Origin: Deltaproteobacteria bacterium
Lineage (GTDB): Bacteria > UBA10199 > JACPAL01 > JACOUP01
Direction of reading: 5' to 3'
Assembly (NCBI GenBank): GCA_016177765.1
Contig: JACOUP010000008.1
Span: 65,021 to 129,020 of the forward strand
DNA: 64,000 nucleotides
Under the pieces are notes generated by a model. The model saw only the letters and a program-made list of their open reading frames with translations. It was not told where the DNA came from and searched no databases. This document shows, piece after piece, positions 23,681 through 32,190 of the stretch. Numbering within the stretch: the first letter of the stretch is position 1; every line of letters begins with the position of its first letter. The position numbers were made by a program, and so were the translations under genes.

Positions 23681-24648
23681 TGATCTCTGTCTCTATCAAT
23701 GAACTGCTGGGCGACAAAGAGTACAAACTCGCTCTGGAGTTGGTGGCCGGCGAAAAAGGGCTCCCCAAAAAAATCGTCATCCCCCAGATCCAGAAACCGG
23801 GGCTCGCCCTGACAGGCGACACCTCCAACCTTCATCCGGGCCGAATCCAGATCCTGGGAACTTCGGAACTCAATTTCTTGACCCGGCTCCCCGCGGCCAA
23901 AAGAAGGACCATTATCAAAAAAATCTGTCATGTGGATATCGCCTGTTTTATTGTCACCCATGGCAATCCAATCCCGGAGTCTTTTGTCGAGGAAACGGAA
24001 AAGAACAGAATCCCCCTCCTCAAGACAACCCTTTCCACCGCCACCTTTATTATGAGGGTCTCGCGCTTTCTGGAAGACAAATTGACAGCCCAGACCGCCA
24101 TTCACGGGGTCCTTGTCGACATCTTCGGGGTCGGCATCCTGCTGGTTGGCAAAAGCGGCATCGGCAAGAGCGAGTCTGCCCTGGAGCTGATCATGAAGGG
24201 GCACCGTCTGGTTGCCGATGATATCGTCAACATCCGCAAAAAACCGCCCGGCACCCTTTATGGCAGCGGTTCCGAGCTGATCAAGTACCATATGGAGATA
24301 CGGGGATTGGGGATCATCAACATCAAGGATCTCTTTGGTGTCAGCTCCGTCAGGGACCAGAAGCTGATTGAGCTGGTGATCGAACTGGTCGAGTGGAAAC
24401 CCAGTGAAGAATATGAGCGGCTCGGGGTCACGGAACATACCTACAAGATTCTGGATGCCAAGGTCCCTTTCCTTCGAATCCCTGTCCGCCCGGGGAGAAA
24501 CCTGACAGCGATCATCGAAGTGGCCGCCCGCAATCAGCTCCTGAAGGCCAAAGGGGTCTATTCGGCCTATGAACTCCAGGAAAATCTGACAAGAGAACTC
24601 TTGAACCAGCAAAAGGAAAAGGATCTCCCTCAAGGGATCATGGAATAA
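23680..24648 (+). CDS. hprK: HPr kinase/phosphorylase
   Basis: P-loop GVLVDIFGVGILLVGKSGIGKSE and the catalytic LVADD. Start ATG overlaps the ptsN TAA (ATGA-type overlap). Confidence 0.9.
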   Translation: MISVSINELLGDKEYKLALELVAGEKGLPKKIVIPQIQKPGLALTGDTSNLHPGRIQILGTSELNFLTRLPAAKRRTIIKKICHVDIACFIVTHGNPIPESFVEETEKNRIPLLKTTLSTATFIMRVSRFLEDKLTAQTAIHGVLVDIFGVGILLVGKSGIGKSESALELIMKGHRLVADDIVNIRKKPPGTLYGSGSELIKYHMEIRGLGIINIKDLFGVSSVRDQKLIELVIELVEWKPSEEYERLGVTEHTYKILDAKVPFLRIPVRPGRNLTAIIEVAARNQLLKAKGVYSAYELQENLTRELLNQQKEKDLPQGIME

Positions 24649-24656
24649 GGAGAGAT

Positions 24657-25112
24657 ATGATAGGAGCCGTTGTCGTGACTCATGGCAACATCGGGACGGA
24701 AATGATCCGGGCCGCCGAATCGATCGTGAAAGAGAAACTCCCGTTTCTTGGCGTCGCCCTGGAACATCACGAATCAGTCCCTACGATGAAAAGCAAGATC
24801 CGGGAGGCGATCGCTTCCTGTCATTCCCCTCAAGGGGTTCTTCTCCTCTCCGATCTGTTCGGAGGGACTCCCTGCAATCTCTGTCTCTCCTTTCTGAAAG
24901 AAGTAAAGGTGGAGGTGGTCACCGGGGTCAATCTCCCGATGCTGATCAAACTCGCCCATTATCGGGAAAACAGGCCGCTGAAAGAAGTGGCCCGTTTCAT
25001 CAGAGAATATGGCAAAAAAAACATCACCTTGGCAAGACAGGTCCTCAAGGGTGATCCACCCAGGGGTGAGTCACCCAAGGGACAAGGGTCCGGTCTATCG
25101 CGATCAGGCTAG
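24657..25112 (+). CDS. PTS EIIA component, mannose/fructose (EIIA-Man) family, with a repeat-encoded C-terminal tail
   Basis: MIGAVVVTHGNIGTEMIRAAE is a typical EIIA-Man N-terminus. The C-terminus KGDPPRGESPKGQGSG is encoded by the repeat. Confidence 0.75.
   Translation: MIGAVVVTHGNIGTEMIRAAESIVKEKLPFLGVALEHHESVPTMKSKIREAIASCHSPQGVLLLSDLFGGTPCNLCLSFLKEVKVEVVTGVNLPMLIKLAHYRENRPLKEVARFIREYGKKNITLARQVLKGDPPRGESPKGQGSGLSRSG
25046..25081. repeat. Palindromic repeat copy, ~2.5 units, at EIIA C-terminus / ptsH start
   Basis: caaGGGTGatcCACCCagGGGTGagtCACCCaaGGG encodes KGDPPRGESPKG in the EIIA frame. It contains both candidate GTG starts of ptsH in the +1 frame. Confidence 0.85.
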
Positions 25113-25371
25113 AAAGACCTACAAGATCACTAATGATCTCGGTCTTCATGCCAGGGCGGCGGCCCTGTTTGTAAAAATTGCCGGACGTTACAAATCCGAG
25201 GTACTCGTCCGTCGCGGAAACCAGGAGGTCAATGGCAAGAGCATTATGGGGGTCCTGATGCTGGCCGCCGGCCGCGGCTCTGAAATAAGCGTCATCACCA
25301 CCGGAGAGGATGCCCAGGAGGCGCTCCAGGAACTGGGACAACTCATCGAAAACAAGTTTGGTGAAAAGTGA
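25066..25371 (+). CDS. ptsH: Phosphocarrier protein HPr
   Basis: …KITNDLGLHARAAALFVKIAG… gives the His15 region and …GKSIMGVLMLAA… the Ser46 region. The start is uncertain: in-frame candidates are GTG 25051, GTG 25066 (both inside a repeat copy) and ATG 25009. Confidence 0.65.
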   Translation: MSHPRDKGPVYRDQARKTYKITNDLGLHARAAALFVKIAGRYKSEVLVRRGNQEVNGKSIMGVLMLAAGRGSEISVITTGEDAQEALQELGQLIENKFGEK

Positions 25372-27113
25372 AGAAAAAAAAGATAAAAACCTTAAAAGGA
25401 CTCGGTGTCTCTCCCGGTATTGCGGTTGGCAAGGTCCATCTGTTTGATACCGGCCCGATTTCTTTCCCAAAATACTGGATTGCTGACCGGGAAATCGGCT
25501 CGGAGGCAGCTCGTTTCAAGAAGGCGATAGAAAAGGTCCGTCATCAGCTTTTGAAAATCCGCGACAAACTTTGTAAATTTCAGGTGGGTGACGAGATCCG
25601 GATCCTCGACTCCTACCAGATGATCGCCAAGGATGAAATGCTCTATTCCTCTACCGTCAACACGATCCGGCAGGAGAAGATCAATGCCGAATGGGCCCTG
25701 GATAAAACCTTAGCCGGTGTCAAGGCCGCCTTCCTCGAAAGCCCTTCGGAATTTTTTAAGGAACGGCGGGCCGATGTGGAACATGTCGGCAATCTGATTT
25801 TTAAAAACCTCCTTGGTGAAGAAGAAGTCACCCTTCGGTTCAAGAAAAATACCATCCTTGTCGTTCACGACCTCTCCCCCGCGGATACCGCCCAGATCGT
25901 CAAGGGGACGATTCAGGGATTCATCACGGAGGTTGGCGGCAAAACATCCCACACCGCAATCTTTGCCAAGGCCCTTGAGATCCCTGCGGTCGTCGGGGTT
26001 GTGGAGGCCACTCGTACCGTTGCCGAAGGAAATTCGCTCCTTCTTGACGGAAGTGAGGGGATCGTGATTATCAACCCCTCCACCAGTGACAAAAAAAGAT
26101 ACCAGGAGATCAAGAAAAAACAGGGACTCATGGACACCCTTCTCCTGAAAGGGGCCCACCTGCCGGCAGTCACCAAGGATAATTTTACCCTCCGTCTGGC
26201 GGCCAACATGGAACTCCTGGAAGAGATCCCTACCATCAAGAAATATGGCGCCGAAGGGATCGGGCTCTACCGGACAGAGGTCCTCTATCTCCGCAATAAA
26301 CGTCTCCCTTCCGAAGAGGAACATTTTGAAAGTTACAAAAAGGTCCTCCAGAAAATTGCCCCCCATCCGGCAACGATCCGGACCCTGGACATCGGAGGGG
26401 ACAAGATTCTGCCTGACTCGGAATATATGGAAGGACTAAACCCGGCCCTCGGTTTCAGGGCGATCCGTCTCTGCCTCCGGGAAAAGGAACTCTTCAGGAC
26501 ACAACTCCGTGCGATGCTTCGAGCTTCTATTTATGGCAAACTGAAGATCCTCCTCCCGATGATCTCCAGTGTGGAAGAGATCCGCCAGGTCAAAAAGATC
26601 CTGGCTGATGTCCGGGAGGATCTCGATCGAAAAGGGGTCCGCTATGATCCCGACATCCGGTTGGGAACGATGATTGAGGTCCCCTCGGCCGCCATGATGG
26701 CCGACGCTATCGCCGGAGAGGTTGATTTCCTCAGCATCGGAACCAACGACCTGATCCAGTACAGCCTCGCTATCGACCGGGTGAACGAGCATGTCGCCTA
26801 CCTTTATGAACCACTTCATCCCGCCATCTTGCGTCTTCTCAAACAGGTGGTTGAGGCCGGGCGTGAAAAAAAGATTGAGGTCTCGGTCTGCGGAGAGATG
26901 GCAGGCGAGCCGTTGTATCTTTTGATCCTTTTGGGTCTCGGTTTTACCGAACTTTCCATGAATCCCCTCTCCATCCCACGCGTCAAAAAAATCCTCCGCC
27001 AGGTGACTTTCAAACAGGGAAGCGACCTCGTTGAGAAGGCCCTCGCCTGTAAAACTACCTCCGAGGTGGAACACCTTGTCCGCCGGGAGATGGCTAAGGT
27101 CCAGGAGATCTAG
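25368..27113 (+). CDS. ptsI: Phosphoenolpyruvate-protein phosphotransferase (Enzyme I)
   Basis: 581 aa with the active-site His region GGKTSHTAIFAKALEIPAVVG and the PEP-utilising C-domain (…IGTNDLIQY…). Confidence 0.9.
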   Translation: MKKKKIKTLKGLGVSPGIAVGKVHLFDTGPISFPKYWIADREIGSEAARFKKAIEKVRHQLLKIRDKLCKFQVGDEIRILDSYQMIAKDEMLYSSTVNTIRQEKINAEWALDKTLAGVKAAFLESPSEFFKERRADVEHVGNLIFKNLLGEEEVTLRFKKNTILVVHDLSPADTAQIVKGTIQGFITEVGGKTSHTAIFAKALEIPAVVGVVEATRTVAEGNSLLLDGSEGIVIINPSTSDKKRYQEIKKKQGLMDTLLLKGAHLPAVTKDNFTLRLAANMELLEEIPTIKKYGAEGIGLYRTEVLYLRNKRLPSEEEHFESYKKVLQKIAPHPATIRTLDIGGDKILPDSEYMEGLNPALGFRAIRLCLREKELFRTQLRAMLRASIYGKLKILLPMISSVEEIRQVKKILADVREDLDRKGVRYDPDIRLGTMIEVPSAAMMADAIAGEVDFLSIGTNDLIQYSLAIDRVNEHVAYLYEPLHPAILRLLKQVVEAGREKKIEVSVCGEMAGEPLYLLILLGLGFTELSMNPLSIPRVKKILRQVTFKQGSDLVEKALACKTTSEVEHLVRREMAKVQEI

Positions 27114-27163
27114 AATCGCCCCTTTACTTTGAGAAAAAGGCCTGTTAGCTTTTCTGCCTGTCG

Positions 27164-27952
27164 ATGATGTTGCCCTATTTTCATCTGAAATATTTAAGAC
27201 CCTCCCCGGCTGAGGCCGAGGGCTGTTTCCGGATTGTGCAGGCCACTACAGGATTGGTAGCCCGTCACCTGAACAAACGGATCTCACTGCCGATCAGCCT
27301 CATTTTGGCGCGAAGGGGATTTAAGCCAAACAACATCACCTATTTTAATATGGTTGTCGGGATCGGCTCCGGCCTTCTGGCCGTCCAGGGAACCGGTTCT
27401 TCCATTTTTTGGGCCGCCTTTCTCTTTCAGGCGGCTTCAATCCTGGACGGTGTCGATGGGGAGGTCGCCAAACTGAACAAAACAGGGACTCCCTTCGGTC
27501 AATGGCTCGATACCTTGAGCGACAACCTGACTCTTTTTCTCTTTCTGATCGGCCTGACCACCGGTCTCTACCAGACCACCCATAACCTCTGGGTTCTGAG
27601 GGCTGGGGAATTGGGGCTCTTCAGTTTTCTCGTTCTCCTCGCAATCATGCTCATTTTTCTCAAAAGAAACACCAATTCGGGGAGCTTTGTCACCTACGAC
27701 AAGGAATTTGTCTCAAAAATCACAGAAGGAAAAGGGGTTCTTCCCCTGCTTGTCAAATACGGACGTTACTTTCTGAAAAAGGACTCCTTCGCCCTTCTCT
27801 TCTTTCTGCTCGCCGCTGTCGGTTACCCCCAGATGATCCTCTATGCCACAGCCCTGGGAACGACTGCGGGATGGTGCCTGATGGCCTATTTCAACCTCAA
27901 AAGAAAATTGGCGAAAAATCTTACCCCTTCCGCCCTGACAGAACCCGATTAG
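27164..27952 (+). CDS. CDP-alcohol phosphatidyltransferase family membrane protein
   Basis: DGVDGEVAKLNKTGTPFGQWLDTLSD matches D-G-x2-A-[RK]-x8-G-x3-D-x3-D. Multiple TM helices. Confidence 0.75.
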   Translation: MMLPYFHLKYLRPSPAEAEGCFRIVQATTGLVARHLNKRISLPISLILARRGFKPNNITYFNMVVGIGSGLLAVQGTGSSIFWAAFLFQAASILDGVDGEVAKLNKTGTPFGQWLDTLSDNLTLFLFLIGLTTGLYQTTHNLWVLRAGELGLFSFLVLLAIMLIFLKRNTNSGSFVTYDKEFVSKITEGKGVLPLLVKYGRYFLKKDSFALLFFLLAAVGYPQMILYATALGTTAGWCLMAYFNLKRKLAKNLTPSALTEPD

Positions 27953-27961
27953 GCAAAAGAG

Positions 27962-28612
27962 ATGAAGACCAAAAAAACAGTTTGCGTCTTTGATTTTGAC
28001 GGGACCCTTGTGGACTCCATGGGTGACTTTGCGGAGCTCGCAGGACGACTCATCAGCGGAACCTATGGTCTTTCTCTCGACGAGGGGAAAGAGGCCTATA
28101 TCCGAACTTCAGGTCTCCCTTTTTTGGATCAGTTAGAAATGGTTTTCCCCGGGGACCCACGAAACGGGGAGACCGCCAGGGCCTTTGAAGAGGAAAAAAA
28201 GAAGGAGTATTTTAGCAAAAATCTCTTTGATCAGGTCCCGGAAACCCTTTCCTACCTCCGTGAAAAGGGGATGAGGGTCGCCATCTCCTCCAGCAACCAT
28301 CAGGAACTGGTCGAGGAATTTTTGAGCAAAAAAGGGATCCGGTTTGACCTTGTCCTGGGTTGGCGCCCCAACTTTTCAAAGGGGAAGGAGCACTTTGAGC
28401 ATATCCAGAAATATCTCAAGACCTCTTCCGATGGTATTCTGTTCATCGGCGATTCCCTCAAGGATGCCGAAAGGGCGGCCCACCACCAGGTTGATTTCAT
28501 CGGCAAGACCGGAACCTTCAAGGCTTCTGATTTTCAGAAAAACTTTCCCCAATTCCAAACCATTGAAGAGCTCTCCGAGTTAAAGGGGATTTTGGGGGAA
28601 GTCCCCCTGTGA
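27962..28612 (+). CDS. HAD-superfamily hydrolase (phosphatase-like)
   Basis: Motif I VCVFDFDGTLVDS, plus downstream HAD motifs (…ISSSN…, …GDSLKD…). Confidence 0.75.
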   Translation: MKTKKTVCVFDFDGTLVDSMGDFAELAGRLISGTYGLSLDEGKEAYIRTSGLPFLDQLEMVFPGDPRNGETARAFEEEKKKEYFSKNLFDQVPETLSYLREKGMRVAISSSNHQELVEEFLSKKGIRFDLVLGWRPNFSKGKEHFEHIQKYLKTSSDGILFIGDSLKDAERAAHHQVDFIGKTGTFKASDFQKNFPQFQTIEELSELKGILGEVPL

Positions 28613-29346
28613 AGGGGGTCATCCTGGCTGCGGGACAGGGGAGCCGGCTCGGGTTACTCACTCGATCACGACCGAAGGCGCTTGTCCCGGTTCTGGAAAA
28701 ACCCCTTATCGAGTACATCCTGACCCTTTGTGATGAAGCCTCTCTGGAGGAGATCATCGTTGTTGGGGGGTATCAGTTTTATAAATTGGCGGCCGTTTTG
28801 GAAAAAAGAGCCGGTGGCACACCCTTGGGTGGCACACCCTACCGCCTCCTCCAAAACCGAGAGTACAAAAAAGGGAACCTGCTGACCCTTGTTTGCGCCC
28901 TCCCTTTTCTGGAGGGGGATTTTTTTATTGCCAATGCCGATCACATTTACCCCCCATCCCTTTTCCACAGCTTTCTGAAAAACGCCAAAGAGATTTCAGC
29001 GGCCTGTGATTTTGACCGTCAACTCTCCGGTGACGACATGAAGATCCGTCATGATTCTCAAAAACGACTTTTGGCGATCAGCAAGAAGCTCCCTACTTAT
29101 GACGGCGGTTATATCGGCATGACCTCCTGTACCAAAAAGAGGCGTGGGCTCTACGAACGGGCCGTTGAGGCCACCTTTCAAAGGAAAGGGACAAAGGCGG
29201 TTGTGGAGGAGGTGCTGGAGACACTGATCCTGTGGGGTGAAAATCCGCTTGTTCACGATGCCAGCGGGCACCGTTGGTGGGAAGTCGATACCCCTTCAGA
29301 GATTCAAACAGTGGAAAGAGAACTCGCCTTGTTCCGTGCCCGGTAG
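28609..29346 (+). CDS. Sugar-/alcohol-phosphate nucleotidyltransferase (MobA-like NTP-transferase fold), with an in-frame repeat insert GGTPLGGTP
   Basis: N-terminal MKGVILAAGQGSRLG. Its start overlaps the preceding stop (4-bp overlap). Confidence 0.7.
   Translation: MKGVILAAGQGSRLGLLTRSRPKALVPVLEKPLIEYILTLCDEASLEEIIVVGGYQFYKLAAVLEKRAGGTPLGGTPYRLLQNREYKKGNLLTLVCALPFLEGDFFIANADHIYPPSLFHSFLKNAKEISAACDFDRQLSGDDMKIRHDSQKRLLAISKKLPTYDGGYIGMTSCTKKRRGLYERAVEATFQRKGTKAVVEEVLETLILWGENPLVHDASGHRWWEVDTPSEIQTVERELALFRAR
28814..28839. repeat. Palindromic repeat copy, 2 units, variant GGTGGCACACCC
   Basis: ggTGGCACaccctTGGGTggcacaccc, in-frame in the nucleotidyltransferase, encoding GGTPLGGTP. Confidence 0.8.
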
Positions 29347-30332
29347 AAGGACAAAAGAAGCCAGCCGGTGGTGACAAAAAAACCGGAACGGAGATGACGG
29401 ATAATCTGCAGAGAAACACCAATCGCCGGGTTAAGTTTCATGAAGTAAAAAACGAGCCCGTTGACCCCTTCAAGAATCCCAAGGCTCCCCGGTATAAAAC
29501 TGAAGACGAAATTACAGAGCGGCACCATGGCGGTCAGCCCCCACAAGGCCGTTACTGGAAGCGGTAATCCCAAGAAATAGAGGATCAACGCCGTTTCTGC
29601 AACCATCACACAACGGGTCATGAAATGACAACCAAAGGCGGCGGCAACCCTCCATCCCCCTTCACGATAGGCCTGCCGGATCAGGTGGTCCACCTCCAGG
29701 AGTTCCTTTCTTTTTTCGGGGGAAATTCTCCTGGTGGCTTGAATACGATCACCAATCTTCAGGAGGACCTCGAACAGGCCTCTTCTTTGAACGAGAAAGA
29801 GGGAGAGGATGGCGACAAAAAGGACGGCCAACCCTCCCGCCAGTTGAAAGACCATACGGACCGGAAGAACCCAGTAAGAGAAAAAGAGGCCAAAGCCGAT
29901 CGCGATGAAAGAGATGACCGCCAAGGTGTAGAGAGACCGATCGACAACAATGGAACGGGTCCCTCCCTGCCAGGGGATATCCCCTCTCAGGAGGTAAACC
30001 CGCAGAGGGTCACCGGCGGCAAAGTTGAGCGGGGTCGTGGCATTCACCGCCTCCCCGATCATCTTGACTTTCAGGAGCCTCCAGAAAGAAGGGTTTTTCT
30101 GCTTGGGTGAACCACCCTTGGGTGAATCACCCTGGGGACCCAGACACAAGGACCAGGCGGTCGCAAAAAGAAAATAATTGACCAGGCTCAGGGAAAGGAC
30201 CGGGATGAAACGCCAGTTAAAATTGATCAACTGGTTCCACAAGACCTCTGGGCCACTTTTCCAGACAACCACAGCGAGAACGGCCAGTCCTATCAGAGGC
30301 AGGAGATACCGAAGAAGTCGCCAACGTTTCAT
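29304..30332 (-). CDS. UPF0104 / lysylphosphatidylglycerol-synthase-TM-region-like (flippase-like) membrane protein, with repeat-encoded GDSPKGGSPK loop
   Basis: 342 aa, polytopic. N-terminus MKRWRLLRYLLPLIGLAVLAVVVW… is typical of the family. Confidence 0.6.
   Translation of the reverse strand: MKRWRLLRYLLPLIGLAVLAVVVWKSGPEVLWNQLINFNWRFIPVLSLSLVNYFLFATAWSLCLGPQGDSPKGGSPKQKNPSFWRLLKVKMIGEAVNATTPLNFAAGDPLRVYLLRGDIPWQGGTRSIVVDRSLYTLAVISFIAIGFGLFFSYWVLPVRMVFQLAGGLAVLFVAILSLFLVQRRGLFEVLLKIGDRIQATRRISPEKRKELLEVDHLIRQAYREGGWRVAAAFGCHFMTRCVMVAETALILYFLGLPLPVTALWGLTAMVPLCNFVFSFIPGSLGILEGVNGLVFYFMKLNPAIGVSLQIIRHLRSGFFVTTGWLLLSFYRARNKASSLSTV
30102..30137. repeat. Palindromic repeat copy, ~2.3 units
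   Basis: cttGGGTGaacCACCCttGGGTGaatCACCCtgggg, in-frame in the minus-strand UPF0104 gene, encoding QGDSPKGGSPKQ. Confidence 0.85.
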
Positions 30333-30394
30333 GATCGGTGGTGAGTAAAAGAAAAAGTTGACTTAGTCAAGGAACACAGTAGTCTTTTCTCCTC

Positions 30395-31471
30395 GTGAAA
30401 ACAGAAATTTCATCCAGATGGCGTCAATGGTCGATGGGAGCGAGGATCGCTTCACGTCTGGTCCTCGGGAAACCGGTCATCTTCAACCTCAACCTCTACA
30501 CCACCCGCCTCTGCAATCAGCAGTGTCCGATGTGCAACGCTGAACTGGATGTCAATGGCGGACCCAGCATCACGCTGGAGGATTTCAGGTATTACCAGGA
30601 CCAATTAAAAAATTATACGATCCCAACAATCACCTTTTCCGGCGGGGAACCAACCATCGCCCCGGAACTTCCAGATATCATTGAGTACTCGTCGAAACTG
30701 TTTCCGTTCCGGATGGGGATCGTCTCCAACTTTTATGGCCGAAATGACCGGTTCCGTCGCACGATGGACGCCTGTCTGAAATACAATGTCAACATCGGTT
30801 GTTCCTTCGATGGCTTCGGAGAAGTGGCTGACAAACAGCGCGGGGCCAGAAATGTCTCGGAGATCGTTACTGAAAACTTGAAATGGGTCACCGCCCGTAA
30901 AAAGGAGCTCGGGTCAAAAGCCCCTCTGGTCATGAACACCGTCATCAGTGACACCAATCTTTCGCAGGTCATGGAGATTGTCCGGTTCTCCAAGAAACTA
31001 GGCTGGGAACACCGGATCTCCTGCGTTAATCAATTCTACTATTATAAACCGGTTTCCGATTCCCCCACCCTGACCTATAGCCGCGAGCTTTATGAAACAC
31101 TGGTCAAGATTATCAACGAGTCGCACATCCGTCAGAACAGGGGGTTCATCAAGGGGATCGCCCTCTATGCCCAAAAGAAAACGCCTAAATTTTGCCCGTT
31201 CATCACCTGGCCGCTCAAGACCGCCAAGGTTTTTCTGGATCACAACGGGGATATCTCCCTTTGCGACCGTCACCCGATCGGTAATCTTAAAAAGGAAAGT
31301 TTTGAGACCTTGTTACAAACAGCCCTGTACCAAGAAAAACAAAATGACCACGACCGGTGCGAAGGGTGCTGGCTCCCCTGCTTTGTGGAGCCGATCACCT
31401 ACTTGCGTCCGCTAGCAATGAGGAAGGTCTTGAAAGAGTTTGACCGCCTCGCTATTTCCTTGCCTCAATGA
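30395..31471 (+). CDS. Radical SAM protein (CX3CX2C) with a C-terminal Cys-rich auxiliary region
   Basis: LYTTRLCNQQCPMCNA and the glycine-rich SAM motif FSGGEPT. C-terminal cysteines …CDRHP…CEGCWLPCF. Confidence 0.75.
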   Translation: MKTEISSRWRQWSMGARIASRLVLGKPVIFNLNLYTTRLCNQQCPMCNAELDVNGGPSITLEDFRYYQDQLKNYTIPTITFSGGEPTIAPELPDIIEYSSKLFPFRMGIVSNFYGRNDRFRRTMDACLKYNVNIGCSFDGFGEVADKQRGARNVSEIVTENLKWVTARKKELGSKAPLVMNTVISDTNLSQVMEIVRFSKKLGWEHRISCVNQFYYYKPVSDSPTLTYSRELYETLVKIINESHIRQNRGFIKGIALYAQKKTPKFCPFITWPLKTAKVFLDHNGDISLCDRHPIGNLKKESFETLLQTALYQEKQNDHDRCEGCWLPCFVEPITYLRPLAMRKVLKEFDRLAISLPQ

Positions 31472-32139
31472 TCCCCTACCGAAGTTCCCAAAAGAGAAAG
31501 GGGTATGCCACCCGAACGTTTCCCTGGGTCACTGTGGCCCTGATTCTGATGAATGTCGCTGTTTTTTTCTATGAGGTCACCCTTCCGGCCGCTCAACTGA
31601 AAGACTTTTTTAAAACCTTTGCCCTCGTCCCGGGCCATTTTCGGCCTCTGGGGTTGATCACCGGGCTCTTTCTTCATGGCGGGTGGCTCCACCTTATCGC
31701 CAACATGCTCTACCTCTGGGTCTTTGGAGACAACGTCGAGGAAAAAATGGGACGCCATTCCTTCCTCAATTTTTACCTCGCCTCCGGCATCATTTCTTTC
31801 CTTGCTCAGGTCGCCTTTGACCCCGGCTCCAGCCTTCCCCTGATCGGTGCCAGCGGGGCGATCGCCGGAATTCTGGGGATCTACCTCCGGCTTTTCCCAA
31901 AGTCACACGTCACCGTCCTTGTCCCGATCTTCATTTTCTTAAGACGAATGATCCTCCCGGCGTGGCTGGTCCTCGGTTTCTGGTTTGTCCTCCAATTATT
32001 GGAAGGATTGCTCTCTCTCCAACAGTTGGAGGCTGGAGCGGCCTCTTCAGGGGGGATCGCCTTTTTTGCCCATATTGGCGGGTTTTTGTTTGGGATTCTC
32101 GTCGGGCCATTGTTTGTAAAAAGAAAAAAACGGGGCTAA
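31468..32139 (+). CDS. Rhomboid-family intramembrane serine protease
   Basis: GASGAIAGILG (the GxSG active site), a downstream AHIGGF histidine, and a 6-TM profile. ATGA-type overlap with the previous gene. Confidence 0.8.
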   Translation: MIPYRSSQKRKGYATRTFPWVTVALILMNVAVFFYEVTLPAAQLKDFFKTFALVPGHFRPLGLITGLFLHGGWLHLIANMLYLWVFGDNVEEKMGRHSFLNFYLASGIISFLAQVAFDPGSSLPLIGASGAIAGILGIYLRLFPKSHVTVLVPIFIFLRRMILPAWLVLGFWFVLQLLEGLLSLQQLEAGAASSGGIAFFAHIGGFLFGILVGPLFVKRKKRG

Positions 32140-32190
32140 CTTTAATCTGGTCTTGCATGCCTCCTGACCCGCGTTGTAAGAGGAGTCAAA

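Noticed and set aside
25009-25371. ATG 25009 as the ptsH start (as in the ORF track)
   Set aside because: It would give HPr an N-terminal extension of about 35 aa overlapping the EIIA C-terminus. Internal GTG starts at 25051 or 25066 fit the HPr length better. Still unresolved, hence the reduced confidence.
28816-28835. TGGCAC-N4/5-TTGGG resembling a sigma-54 -24/-12 promoter (also at 34973-34992)
   Set aside because: It is part of the GGTGGCACACCC repeat variant inside coding regions. The -12 element is TTGGG rather than TTGCA/TTGCW and the spacing is off by one. It is most likely coincidental.
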